The notes below the pieces were generated by a model. The model made no database searches, was not told the origin of the DNA, and saw only the letters and a list, made by a program, of their open reading frames with translations. Both the position numbers and the translations under genes were made by a program. A stretch of 27,021 nucleotides of DNA from Candidatus Parcubacteria bacterium. GTDB taxonomy: Bacteria; Patescibacteriota; Minisyncoccia; Phycocordibacterales; JBAYGS01. Every line of letters begins with the position of its first letter. Within the stretch, counting starts at the first letter, position 1. The stretch lies in NCBI GenBank assembly GCA_039795895.1, contig JBDKKW010000011.1, forward strand, positions 1-27,021, given 5' to 3'. Positions 1 to 8,458 of the stretch are shown here, in pieces.

Positions 1-410
1 CCGGGAACTGACCCACTACGCAAATGAATCTCAAGGCGACTTGCCACCTGACACATTTTTGACAAAAAACCGACATCTGCCCATTTCGGGTTCAAATAAT
101 CATGGATATTACCCCCAAGAAATACCGGAAACCTAATCTTGGGACGCTCCCCTGTAAGTGCTGTCTCAGTCACAAATGCAACAAGTGCAAGTGCGTTTTT
201 GACCAAGTTTGATTTTTTGAATCCAGGCTCGGAATCCATGAGCCCTTGGAGTTCTTTTGAAAAGAACACGCTAACTTTTTTCATATTTTATCCTTTTGGG
301 AATGGCATACTATGGCCGGTTTACTAGACGGATATCACCAACACTCTCAAAGAGCATCGTTATCCGTTTATAGTCATATCACAATGTTATAAAAAAGCAA
401 GATAAATGAA

Positions 411-441
411 CCCCCGGAAATCGCTTTGTGATTTCCGGGGG
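411..441. terminator. Palindromic hairpin (cccccggaaatc / gatttccggggg, 7-nt loop) downstream of the pilin gene; bidirectional terminator-like
   Basis: Perfect 12-bp stem read directly from the sequence. A-rich on one side and T-rich on the other. Lies 35 nt beyond the stop of the minus-strand ORF 477..1001. Confidence 0.5.
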
Positions 442-476
442 TTCTCACTTCATCAGACAATTCCACCTCTAACTCC

Positions 477-1001
477 TTAATTATTCGACATACAATATTC
501 CGTCGGACTCAACAGGGTGTAGACTCCCCCACTCACGGAGTACATCTTTAGTAAATTGTAACTCATTGTCTCGGTGGTAAAAGTAACTGCGTATTCTGAA
601 GTTCCATTGATACCACAACTAAATCCGCCACTCGTAAGCGTTTGTTTGCCGTAAAATTTATAACATAGCGTACCAGTGTTTGTCGGATCACTCGGAATCT
701 GAGCGATATGCTTTCCGGTCACCAAACTATTCAATACGGTGCTCAATGCGGTCGCACCACTCGCACACGAAGACGCTACAGGAAGAGTATCTGGAAATGT
801 CCCCGTGGTGGTACGGTAGAGCTCAATTGCCGCTCGCAATTGATTTGCTCCAGCCACTCGTGAGGTATCTCGCCCCTTTTGACGAGCCACATTGAGTCCT
901 GCAAATACAATCGAACTCAACAAGGCAATAATCGATATCACCACCAAGAGCTCTACGAGGGTGAAGCCTGAATTTTGTTTTGTTTTAGAATAAAGAGACA
1001 T
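477..1001 (-). CDS. Type IV pilin / pseudopilin-like protein (prepilin N-terminal methylation motif)
   Basis: The N-terminus MSLYSKTKQNSGFTLVELLVVISIIALLSSIV is a classic class III signal peptide: G|FTLVE cleavage/methylation motif followed by a hydrophobic helix. 174 aa, Ser/Thr/Gly-rich C-terminal part with paired Cys. Start is 9 nt after the stop of the upstream large ORF, so probably co-transcribed. Confidence 0.7.
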   Translation of the reverse strand: MSLYSKTKQNSGFTLVELLVVISIIALLSSIVFAGLNVARQKGRDTSRVAGANQLRAAIELYRTTTGTFPDTLPVASSCASGATALSTVLNSLVTGKHIAQIPSDPTNTGTLCYKFYGKQTLTSGGFSCGINGTSEYAVTFTTETMSYNLLKMYSVSGGVYTLLSPTEYCMSNN

Positions 1002-1010
1002 AGAAGTATA

Positions 1011-4000
1011 TTATCGTGATCGTGTTGAGACCTGTGTAGGAAAATCTTGTCCTAATCCAGGTGATCCAGGTAAACCGTAACCATTGGTCCAATCGAGGTT
1101 TGATTCCGAGTAGGTGTCTGCAACAGGAGTGGTGGTCGAGAATGGTGACCAAATAATATTTGCACTCGCAGATGCACCTAGACCAATCACGCCACTAGCA
1201 ATCTGAGACACCGTACCCATCAATCGCGATAGGCTTGGGTAGACTCTATCCGCCAAAAGAGTTACTGAGATAGTATCTTGTGAAGGTGCTGGCGAGTACG
1301 GCGTTAACATTGTAGCAACCAAGGTATACACTTTTGTACTATTCGCCGACACTATTTTTGCTGGAGATGAAGATGCGAAATCAACGGTCACATACTCTGT
1401 ATTAACCCCTCCATGCACTAACACTGGAAAACCAGCAGGTGCCCCATCAGCAAGTAGTATAAATCTACCTACAGCACTACCTGATGTAGCAACACTGAAA
1501 GTCACTCGCTTAAGCACTAAATCTCGAGATGTATTTGGATTAGTAACCGTAAACTTATACAATTCGGTATTTACGCCCAGTGTTCCCGCGGTTGGCACCA
1601 TTGCAAACCTTGGCACATTTCTAAAGATTCTAAAACCATCAGATTGCAACACCGCAGTTGTACCCCCAGAGATATTTTGACCTGACGACTGCCCGACTGC
1701 GTAGTTGCCAGATGTACCATTTACTGCACCATTATAGGCAATAGACAACAATGCCCCATAACCACCTAGATCTGGTATTGAATACAAGTTGGTATTCGAG
1801 TCATGAGGAGTGAGATCACCTTTTATCAAGAGTGTTTTGGTGGTGCCAGCAGGGATTGAAACTGGAGTAGCCAGTGTAGAGATGGCGTAATCAGGATTTG
1901 CGCCACCAAATTGTGCAATCCCCACTTGAGTCCCTCCATCCCACAGACTCACTTGTTGACCCACCAAGTCACTAGGTGAACTTGATGCAGTACTTCCCAA
2001 CTTAAGTGCTATTTGTTTAAGCATCACACCTTCTTGCGCGCCCGCAGTAAAATTAAATGCTCCGAGCACCGCGATCGCTGCCGCTTTTTCTATATGATAC
2101 AGGGAAGACGGCAACGACTGATTAAGACTTACGGTATATGAACCAGGTGCAATAACGAATATTGTCTGTCCTGCAGAGGCCAACATTGTTTCTGGTACAA
2201 CTAATCCAGATAATGCCCCTGTCGCCGAGGTATACGTGGCTTGATTAGGAGTCAGACCCCACGCAACAGATCCAGTGCTTACTGCTCCCGAAAGCGTACA
2301 CCTCAAAGAAATTGTCTTTATCGTACCCTTTGGAACAATCAAGCCTGTACCATCAAAGGTAAACACCTCATCGCCCCCATTTGGAACTGTCGGATTCTTA
2401 ATATTAGAACCTGTTGTAACAGCTGTCACACCATCAAACAACTGACATGAGGTTAGGCTTAATCCCGTGAATCCTGTATAGGTCAATTTAAGCGGTATCG
2501 AAGTTATTCGTATATCTCCACCAGACTGACGCGCATCAAAAATATACTGTGCAAATTCAAATCCAACAGTCCCAGGAAGAATAGTTCTGGTAGTTGTCGA
2601 TACAGGCATACTAATAGCCAAACTGAGCGGAGCAGTCGGTGTACTTACACTTACACTAAACGTCGCATCACTCGTATCCACCACCGACACCGATCCGCCA
2701 GCAGTCCCTGCGACCTCAATCTTGTATGTGCCGGACAAGGTACTGGTCGCAATAGTCACCGTCTGCATTCCATCATTTGGTGTGCCACCTGGAGTGAGAT
2801 TGACGCGAATTGGAGTCACCCCAGCAGTACCCACCAACGTAATTCCTACCGCCGGAATCGTACTAGTCGCATTTGAAGACCACTGCACATCCACACTAGA
2901 TCCTGGTGCAAAACTTTCTCCCCCATTTGGACTCAAGACCGTAATCGTCGGAGGTACATACGCTGGGATAGTCGCAGTGAGTACACCACCATCGGCAAAA
3001 GTCACCGTGATTGCTCCGCCGGTATACACCGTACGCTCCATCTGACCGTACATGGTAAACGGAACTACTGAGCCATTTTCAAGATAAAAATTCACTGCCC
3101 ACTTCCAATCAGTCGCTGGTCGCAAACCAGTATTCCCCTGACCTGGACCGAAAGTGCCCCAGACTCCGGCTCGGTCGTCTACATTTGGCACCACCGTAGC
3201 AGTAACCGCTGAAGCAGGCGCATTGGCTGGCAAAGTCACCAGATTGGTACTGTATGCCGTATTTAGCTTCTTGTCAGTCGCATCAAACACTACCAGTGGG
3301 TAATAAGCTGATTCGGAAGTAGACCAAATCCCTCCTTCTGCAGTGTGAGTGATTTTCACACTGGTAATCGCTGGGGTTGAGATCACGCCCGATACGAGCG
3401 TACCGTCAGTGAAGGTGACCGTAATCACCCCTCCCCCGTAGCGCAACTGCTCTTTCTGACCATATACAGAAAACTTGGTCGTCGAGGTAGCAACCATACC
3501 CGTACTGGTGCTGTATGTATAATTTACTTGCTGACCTGCAGTGTTTGTGATCACGAGCGGATAATAGGCGGATTCAGAAGTAGACCACACACCTCCCTCT
3601 TTGGTATGAGTAACCTTGATTGAAGCAATAGTCTTTGGAGAGTTTACTGAGACGGTGACATCCCATTTCCAATCATCACTTGGTCGATTCCCTGTATTTC
3701 CTCGGCCTGGACCAAAAACACTCCAGACTCCCGCTCGGTCGGTAGTGTTTGGTACCAAGACAGCAGAGACAGAATTGTTTGAAGGTGGCATGACTGGAGC
3801 AGGGTTGATGAGAATATACGCACTCGCCACATTTCGCTCTACCGTAGCAAGATCTGCTGACAAAGAAAATACCTCTGCAGTGAATGTCGCAGACGAAAGT
3901 GGACTTGAGGTGCTCATCATCGCAGTGTAGTAGGTGGTCGATGAGGCAATATTGAGTACTTGCACCTTTCCACACTGATCCTGTCCAAGAGAGAGGATAG

Positions 4001-4241
4001 TCACTCCAGCTGGACAGGTGACCTGAAGCTTGGAGATTTGGGTAGTTGCTGGTGATTTGACTGATACTGAAAATGCTCCGCCGGAATTTATCTGATCGAC
4101 TGAAGTGGTGACCAAGACCAGTGGATTTGAGATCCCCACCGCTGCCACGGTTGCTGTGTTTCGGAAATGACCCTGACTCAGTCCAAAAGTCATCACCGCA
4201 AACGCAACCAAAAAACTACCTAAAGCCACCTGTTTTAACAT
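1011..4241 (-). CDS. Large secreted Ser/Thr/Gly-rich repeat protein (1076 aa) with N-terminal signal peptide; adhesin-like or pilus-associated
   Basis: Long uninterrupted ORF. N-terminus MLKQVALGSFLVAFAVMTFGLSQG looks like a Sec signal peptide. Internal duplicated modules: DRAGVW..FGPG.GNTG.RP.DWKW appears twice, K.THT.EGG.WSTSESAYYPLV twice, YGQ.E...Y.GG.ITVTF.DG twice. Immediately upstream of the pilin gene with a 9-nt spacer. Confidence 0.6.
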   Translation of the reverse strand: MLKQVALGSFLVAFAVMTFGLSQGHFRNTATVAAVGISNPLVLVTTSVDQINSGGAFSVSVKSPATTQISKLQVTCPAGVTILSLGQDQCGKVQVLNIASSTTYYTAMMSTSSPLSSATFTAEVFSLSADLATVERNVASAYILINPAPVMPPSNNSVSAVLVPNTTDRAGVWSVFGPGRGNTGNRPSDDWKWDVTVSVNSPKTIASIKVTHTKEGGVWSTSESAYYPLVITNTAGQQVNYTYSTSTGMVATSTTKFSVYGQKEQLRYGGGVITVTFTDGTLVSGVISTPAITSVKITHTAEGGIWSTSESAYYPLVVFDATDKKLNTAYSTNLVTLPANAPASAVTATVVPNVDDRAGVWGTFGPGQGNTGLRPATDWKWAVNFYLENGSVVPFTMYGQMERTVYTGGAITVTFADGGVLTATIPAYVPPTITVLSPNGGESFAPGSSVDVQWSSNATSTIPAVGITLVGTAGVTPIRVNLTPGGTPNDGMQTVTIATSTLSGTYKIEVAGTAGGSVSVVDTSDATFSVSVSTPTAPLSLAISMPVSTTTRTILPGTVGFEFAQYIFDARQSGGDIRITSIPLKLTYTGFTGLSLTSCQLFDGVTAVTTGSNIKNPTVPNGGDEVFTFDGTGLIVPKGTIKTISLRCTLSGAVSTGSVAWGLTPNQATYTSATGALSGLVVPETMLASAGQTIFVIAPGSYTVSLNQSLPSSLYHIEKAAAIAVLGAFNFTAGAQEGVMLKQIALKLGSTASSSPSDLVGQQVSLWDGGTQVGIAQFGGANPDYAISTLATPVSIPAGTTKTLLIKGDLTPHDSNTNLYSIPDLGGYGALLSIAYNGAVNGTSGNYAVGQSSGQNISGGTTAVLQSDGFRIFRNVPRFAMVPTAGTLGVNTELYKFTVTNPNTSRDLVLKRVTFSVATSGSAVGRFILLADGAPAGFPVLVHGGVNTEYVTVDFASSSPAKIVSANSTKVYTLVATMLTPYSPAPSQDTISVTLLADRVYPSLSRLMGTVSQIASGVIGLGASASANIIWSPFSTTTPVADTYSESNLDWTNGYGLPGSPGLGQDFPTQVSTRSR
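2970..3745 (-). repeat. Intragenic duplicated coding modules within the large secreted protein, also visible at DNA level
   Basis: Protein residues about 168-423 contain three motif types, each present twice. DNA segments around 3300-3345 and 3555-3600 are recognisably similar (ggagg..tggtctacttc[cg]gaatc.gc.tattacc). Confidence 0.5.
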
Positions 4242-4335
4242 AGATATAAATAAAAATAAGTAATACTTCCCTCATTATGTCATTTATCGACGCAATCAAA
4301 AAATAGTTATCCCCACGAGGTGGTGAGAAAAAGAA

Positions 4336-4368
4336 ACCCCCCGGAAATCGCAAAGCGATTTCCGGGGG
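4336..4368. terminator. Palindromic hairpin (ccccccggaaatcgc aaa gcgatttccgggggg); terminator after rplB and an inverted copy of the 411-441 element
   Basis: Perfect 15-bp stem with a 3-nt loop. Flanked by A-run 4326-4335 and T-rich 4369-4374. Its reverse complement differs from the hairpin at 411-441 by one base in the loop region and shares the flanking 'ttctcac'. Confidence 0.55.
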
Positions 4369-4420
4369 GTTTCTTTTGTCCTCTTTTTAGAAATTATAAT
4401 TTAGGACTTAGAAATTTCTG

Positions 4421-5272
4421 TTATTCACCTTTCTTCTGCTTGCCTACTCGGCGTCGAGAAACAATGAAGACGTTTGAGTATTTCTTTGGAGTACGTGACT
4501 TCTGACCCTTTCCTACCGGCTTGCCCCAACGAGTCTTTGCTCGCTTGGTACCTCGGCCTTGGCGTCCTTCACCTCCTCCGTATGGGTGATCCACAGGGTT
4601 CATTACTGATCCACGCACGGTCGGTCGGATACCGAGCCATCGTGAGCGTCCTGCCTTACCGATCACCACGAGACGATTTTCATCGTTTGAGACGGTACCG
4701 ACAGTTGCCCAACAGGTTTCGGTCACCTTTCGCACTTCTGTTGAAGGCAATTTCAAGTGAGCGTAGCCCGCATCGTGCGCAATCACTTCCACAAAATTCC
4801 CCGCGCCTCGAGCAAGTTTAGCTCCACCAAAAGCCTTGAGCTCGACATTACATACAAAGGTACCTACAGGAATATTTTTGAGTGGAAGTCGGTTGTATGG
4901 CACAACTGGTGCTGATGCAGAGACAACAAAAGTATCACCGACTTTGAGACCCTTTGGAGCCAAGATATATCGCTTTTCACCATCTTTGTAGACCACGAGT
5001 GCGATAAAGCCAGTACGATTTGGATCGTATTCAATCGAAGCTACTTTCGCAGGGATTTCAAACTTATCAAAAAGAAAATCAACATGTCGATAGAGACGCT
5101 TCACACCGCCACCCTTGTGACGAGTGGTGAGGCGACCGTGACCATTGCGACCGACATCGCGCTTGAAGCCTGAAGTCAGCGCCTTGTGCGGATCATTTGT
5201 CGTGATGAAGTCGGCAAATGAGATGGTGGTCATCTGGCGACGTGGATTACTTGTTGGTTTATAGTGTTTCAT
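4421..5272 (-). CDS. rplB: 50S ribosomal protein L2
   Basis: 283-aa translation with hallmark L2 segments (GRNGHGRLTTRHKGGGVKRLYR, VMNPVDHPYGGGEGR). Sits after rplW in conserved order. Confidence 0.93.
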   Translation of the reverse strand: MKHYKPTSNPRRQMTTISFADFITTNDPHKALTSGFKRDVGRNGHGRLTTRHKGGGVKRLYRHVDFLFDKFEIPAKVASIEYDPNRTGFIALVVYKDGEKRYILAPKGLKVGDTFVVSASAPVVPYNRLPLKNIPVGTFVCNVELKAFGGAKLARGAGNFVEVIAHDAGYAHLKLPSTEVRKVTETCWATVGTVSNDENRLVVIGKAGRSRWLGIRPTVRGSVMNPVDHPYGGGEGRQGRGTKRAKTRWGKPVGKGQKSRTPKKYSNVFIVSRRRVGKQKKGE

Positions 5273-5281
5273 GGTCGTAAA

Positions 5282-5689
5282 TTAAATTGCATCAATAGTA
5301 TCCCCTTCTTTGAGGTATACATATGCTTTTTTAACACCAGCAGAGAAGCCGACAATTCCCTTGCGGAACAATTTCTTGCCAGAATTTCGCACGGTTGCGA
5401 TTTTCACTGGAGTCACTTTGTACTGAGCGATGATCGCCTGAGCGATTTGCTTCTTGGTCGCTGATTCAGATACTTCAAAGGTAAAGACTTTCTTTTCTGA
5501 AAGTGCAGCCGCCTTTTCAGTGATGCGTGGACGGAGAATCACATCATTTGCAGGATTAGCTGATGCAGTCGCAGGAGCAGTAGTCTTTTTTGCCACTACT
5601 TTCTTCGCAACCTTGGTTGCCTTCGCTACTACAGGCTTATCAGCCTTTACTTCCTCTGTCTTTTTGGTTTTTGAGCTAAAGATTCCCAT
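5282..5689 (-). CDS. rplW: 50S ribosomal protein L23 with a Lys/Ala-rich N-terminal extension of about 45 aa
   Basis: The C-terminal 90 aa align with L23 (ILRPRITEKAA...KKAYVYLKEGDTID). The N-terminus is rich in KAKKVVAKK repeats. Confidence 0.88.
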   Translation of the reverse strand: MGIFSSKTKKTEEVKADKPVVAKATKVAKKVVAKKTTAPATASANPANDVILRPRITEKAAALSEKKVFTFEVSESATKKQIAQAIIAQYKVTPVKIATVRNSGKKLFRKGIVGFSAGVKKAYVYLKEGDTIDAI

Positions 5690-5695
5690 AGTAGT

Positions 5696-6469
5696 TTATT
5701 TAGTAGTTTTAGTAACTGCTTTTTTGACCTTTGGTGCCTTTACGGTAGCAACTTTCTTAGGAGCTACTACTTTTGGAGCAGTGGTAACAACATTTACCTT
5801 CTTTCGGCCCTCACTCTTGTGATTTAGGAATGCGACAGACGCTTCAGGATTCACAAATACCACATACTTGTGATTAAGAATTGATACTGGATCAATATTT
5901 CGAACAGCATCCAAGGTGATGTTGTTGATGTTTGAGAAACTCTTCACAATCGCGGTAGTTGGCTCTGATACGGCAATGTACGCTGCGTTGTTTTTCTTTG
6001 CAGTGAGTCCACCAAATCCTCGAACTGCTGAGAGTGCAGTGAGAGATTTGAGTGCCACAACCGTCTTTGGCTCAGTCATAGAAAAATTCTGCACAAAGAG
6101 TACTTCGCCATCCTTAAATTTCTTAGACAAAATAGTGAAGAGCGCCTTTGCTTTGGTCTTCTTGTTGATCTTGCGAGAGTAATTCTTCTCGTTGCGCGGA
6201 CCGTGTGCTACACCTCCTCCCACCCAGATCGGTGAGCGAGTAGATCCGTGTCGAGCGCGACCGGTACCCTTTTGTTTCCAAGGCTTCTTGCCTCCTCCAG
6301 AGACTTCACCTCGAGTCTTGGTGTGCGCGATAGAGTCACGCTTGTTTGAAAGGAGTGCGGTCACTGTCTGGTGCACAAGGTCACCGTTCCATGGCAATCC
6401 GAAGATTGCTTCTGGGAGTGCAATTGATCCTGCTTCCTTACCGTTTTCGTTGTAGATTTTTGTTTCCAT
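5696..6469 (-). CDS. rplD: 50S ribosomal protein L4 with a Lys/Ala/Val-rich C-terminal tail
   Basis: The L4 core is present (GGGKKPWKQKGTGRARHGSTRSPIWVGGGVAHGPR). Conserved position between rplC and rplW. C-terminal tail is PKVVAPKKVATVKAPKVKKAVTKTTK. Confidence 0.9.
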   Translation of the reverse strand: METKIYNENGKEAGSIALPEAIFGLPWNGDLVHQTVTALLSNKRDSIAHTKTRGEVSGGGKKPWKQKGTGRARHGSTRSPIWVGGGVAHGPRNEKNYSRKINKKTKAKALFTILSKKFKDGEVLFVQNFSMTEPKTVVALKSLTALSAVRGFGGLTAKKNNAAYIAVSEPTTAIVKSFSNINNITLDAVRNIDPVSILNHKYVVFVNPEASVAFLNHKSEGRKKVNVVTTAPKVVAPKKVATVKAPKVKKAVTKTTK

Positions 6470-6492
6470 AAAAATAAGATTAGGTAAGAAGA

Positions 6493-7131
6493 TTAGCCTC
6501 GGATTTCGAGGATTGCTCCACGAACGCCAGGGACAGCTCCTTTGACCAAGAGGAGATTTGCTTCAGTATTGATTTGAACCACTTTAAGATTTTTGACAGT
6601 CACGCGATCAGAACCCATTCGTCCGGCCATACGCAAGCCTTTTGCCACGCGTCCTCCGGCACGACCTCCTCCAGAAATAGTACCCACTTCACGCTCTGAG
6701 TGCTTCTGACCGTGTGTTCGGCGACCTCCGGCAAAATTGTGTCGCTTCACACCTCCTTGGAAGCCCTTACCTTTTGAGGTACCAACAACAGTGACTTCAT
6801 CCCCTTCTTTGAAGGCTGATACGTCCACTTTGTCACCTCGCTTTACAGTAATATCACTTTCGGTGCGAAATTCTCGAAGTACTTTAAACGTACCCAAATC
6901 TTTTGAGTGTCCTGCTTCTGCTTTAGTAGCAAGGGTTGCTCGTTTGGTACCAAAACCAAACTGCACTGCTTTGTATCCGTCCTTTGCCATCTCACGGACT
7001 TGCGTCACGGTGATTGGTCCTGCAGAAATAACCGTCACAGGGACAGCAATCCCCTTGTCGGTGAAAATCTGAGTCATGGCGACTTTTTCTCCAATTAGAA
7101 ATTTCATGATTGTTTTGAACACAGCGGCCAC
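6493..7131 (-). CDS. rplC: 50S ribosomal protein L3 (start possibly the internal ATG at 7107, MKFLIGEK)
   Basis: L3 hallmarks: IGEKVAMTQIF, GKGFQGGVKRHNFAGG, RMAGRMGSDRVTVKNLKVV. Confidence 0.9.
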   Translation of the reverse strand: MAAVFKTIMKFLIGEKVAMTQIFTDKGIAVPVTVISAGPITVTQVREMAKDGYKAVQFGFGTKRATLATKAEAGHSKDLGTFKVLREFRTESDITVKRGDKVDVSAFKEGDEVTVVGTSKGKGFQGGVKRHNFAGGRRTHGQKHSEREVGTISGGGRAGGRVAKGLRMAGRMGSDRVTVKNLKVVQINTEANLLLVKGAVPGVRGAILEIRG

Positions 7132-7255
7132 TTTTCTTTAAAATGGCTTAACTGGCGGTTCTCTTACGTGAATAATGTGTCTTTCGGTGTACAGTCGGTA
7201 GTGGGAGTAGATTAGCAGATGTCAGCATTTTTGGCAAGGGAATTATCTTAAAGGT

Positions 7256-7290
7256 AAAGAAAAAGCTGCCAACCCTCACTAGGTGGCAGC
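7256..7290 (-). terminator. Hairpin plus T-run terminator (minus strand) downstream of ORF 7297..7836
   Basis: Stem gctgcca(a)cc / ggtggcagc with loop ctcacta. On the minus strand it is followed by tttttcttt. Confidence 0.4.
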
Positions 7291-7296
7291 AATGAA

Positions 7297-7836
7297 TTAG
7301 CACTCCTTCTTTTTCCACTCGGTGCTGGACATGAGTTGAGTCCCTGGATAGTGAGAGATCGAGTAGTGTGAGTGATTCGGATCAATTGATCGCAACACTG
7401 CAATCGTTGATTTTTCCCAGCGCGGGTCACAAGGAACAAGATTATTTTCGTTAAGACAAGCCATCGCCTTTTTTCTGGTCTTGAATAAAGCAACGACGGG
7501 CGATGTGGTTTTGCCCCAATAACGTGTATTTACCATTGCGATTTCCCTCTGGAATGAATTGCCTCCCCCTTCAGGAATAAAGGGGACAATTTGTCTCCCG
7601 ATTGAAATCAACTCACTCGGACTTTCTTGAAGATGACTACCGATAGCAATCTTACTCTTTTTATCCCCACGAATTGCTATCTTGACCACATCAATCCCTC
7701 CTTGAGGGCTTGGCCCGAGAGCGTAGACAGAGGTCGTCGTTACCGCAAAAAAGTCAGCTTTTGACTTCGGTGTTTGCAATGTTTCTTTCCTTTTCATTAT
7801 GCGCCTTTCTTTTTGAAGTTCCAATTCCAAATTCAT
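7297..7836 (-). CDS. Hypothetical protein (about 179 aa from the MNLELELQ start) inserted between rpsJ and rplC
   Basis: The ORF track extends to 7962, but a strong terminator hairpin (7872-7899) lies inside that extension. A TTGACA-like hexamer sits just upstream of the internal ATG at 7836. No family recognised. Bracketed by terminators on both sides. Confidence 0.4.
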   Translation of the reverse strand: MNLELELQKERRIMKRKETLQTPKSKADFFAVTTTSVYALGPSPQGGIDVVKIAIRGDKKSKIAIGSHLQESPSELISIGRQIVPFIPEGGGNSFQREIAMVNTRYWGKTTSPVVALFKTRKKAMACLNENNLVPCDPRWEKSTIAVLRSIDPNHSHYSISHYPGTQLMSSTEWKKKEC

Positions 7837-7871
7837 CTTACTGGTATTCCATCTACTGTCAACATAAAAAG

Positions 7872-7899
7872 AAAAAGACCGCTTCTGAGCGGTCTTTTT
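7872..7899 (-). terminator. Rho-independent terminator (aaaaagaccgc ttctga gcggtcttttt) ending the rpsJ transcript
   Basis: 11-bp perfect stem. The minus-strand reading is followed by tttttctttttat. Confidence 0.6.
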
Positions 7900-7904
7900 C
7901 TCGA

Positions 7905-8051
7905 TAGCGAGCGAGAAAGTATATTCAGAGCAGGGCGAGGAGCCGAGCGGGCACGGTGTCACATTCTGATGTGACGAGCGAGGCGAGCGGATAAGGAAAA
8001 ATCCCCGGCTGGGGGATTTTTCCGCTGCTCTGAATATACTTTCGAGCGAGC
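7905..8051 (-). repeat. Structured element of about 145 nt in the rpsJ 3' region: a 19-bp perfect inverted repeat enclosing two internal hairpins and GAGCG-rich repeats
   Basis: Arms are gaaagtatattcagagcag at 7915-7933 and ctgctctgaatatactttc at 8025-8043. Internal hairpins are gtcacat/atgtgac (7957-7976) and aaaaatcccc/ggggattttt (7996-8020). Repeated gagcgag/gccgagcgg/gacgagcgaggcgagcgg motifs. Direct 'cgagcgag' on both outer flanks. Confidence 0.45.
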
Positions 8052-8053
8052 CT

Positions 8054-8446
8054 TTACATCATCTTTACATCAATATTCACCCCACTCGGCAAACTCATGT
8101 TCGTGAGTGCCTCGATGATTTTTGCGTTCGGATTGACGATATCGATGAGTCGTTTGTGCACGCGCATTTCAAATTGTTCTCGCGCATTTTTGTATACGAA
8201 TGCAGAACGGTTCACGGTATACTTCTTGATTTCGGTAGGAAGCGGAACTGGGCCGAGCACCTTCACATCGAAGCGAAGAGCGGTATCCATAATCTGCTTT
8301 ACTGAAGCGTCAAGAATCTTACTTTCGTAAGCCCGAACTCGTATGCGCAGTCGCTGTGCAACATCCTCTTTCGGCGCTGTCTTTCGGACAGGCTTCACGG
8401 GAGTTTTAGCCACAACATCTTTTCGTGATGGATCTTTGACTGTCAT
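8054..8446 (-). CDS. rpsJ: 30S ribosomal protein S10 with a 27-aa Lys/Pro-rich N-terminal extension
   Basis: Residues 28-130 align with S10 (RLRIRVRAYESKILD...GPVPLPTEIKKYTVNRSAFVYKNAREQFEMRVHKRLIDI). The extension is MTVKDPSRKDVVAKTPVKPVRKTAPKEDVAQ. Confidence 0.9.
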   Translation of the reverse strand: MTVKDPSRKDVVAKTPVKPVRKTAPKEDVAQRLRIRVRAYESKILDASVKQIMDTALRFDVKVLGPVPLPTEIKKYTVNRSAFVYKNAREQFEMRVHKRLIDIVNPNAKIIEALTNMSLPSGVNIDVKMM

Positions 8447-8458
8447 AATTGGGAAGTA

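Noticed and set aside
80-110. tRNA-like T-loop string 'tcgggttcaaat'
   Set aside because: No acceptor-stem or anticodon-stem complementarity around it. Not a tRNA.
139-327. 62-aa plus-strand ORF in the leading intergenic region
   Set aside because: No RBS or promoter pattern and no homology. Region more likely 3' flank or terminator space of the minus-strand pilin operon.
2241-3930. Several 60-107-aa plus-strand ORFs inside the 1011..4241 gene
   Set aside because: Antisense shadow ORFs within a long, repeat-rich coding region.
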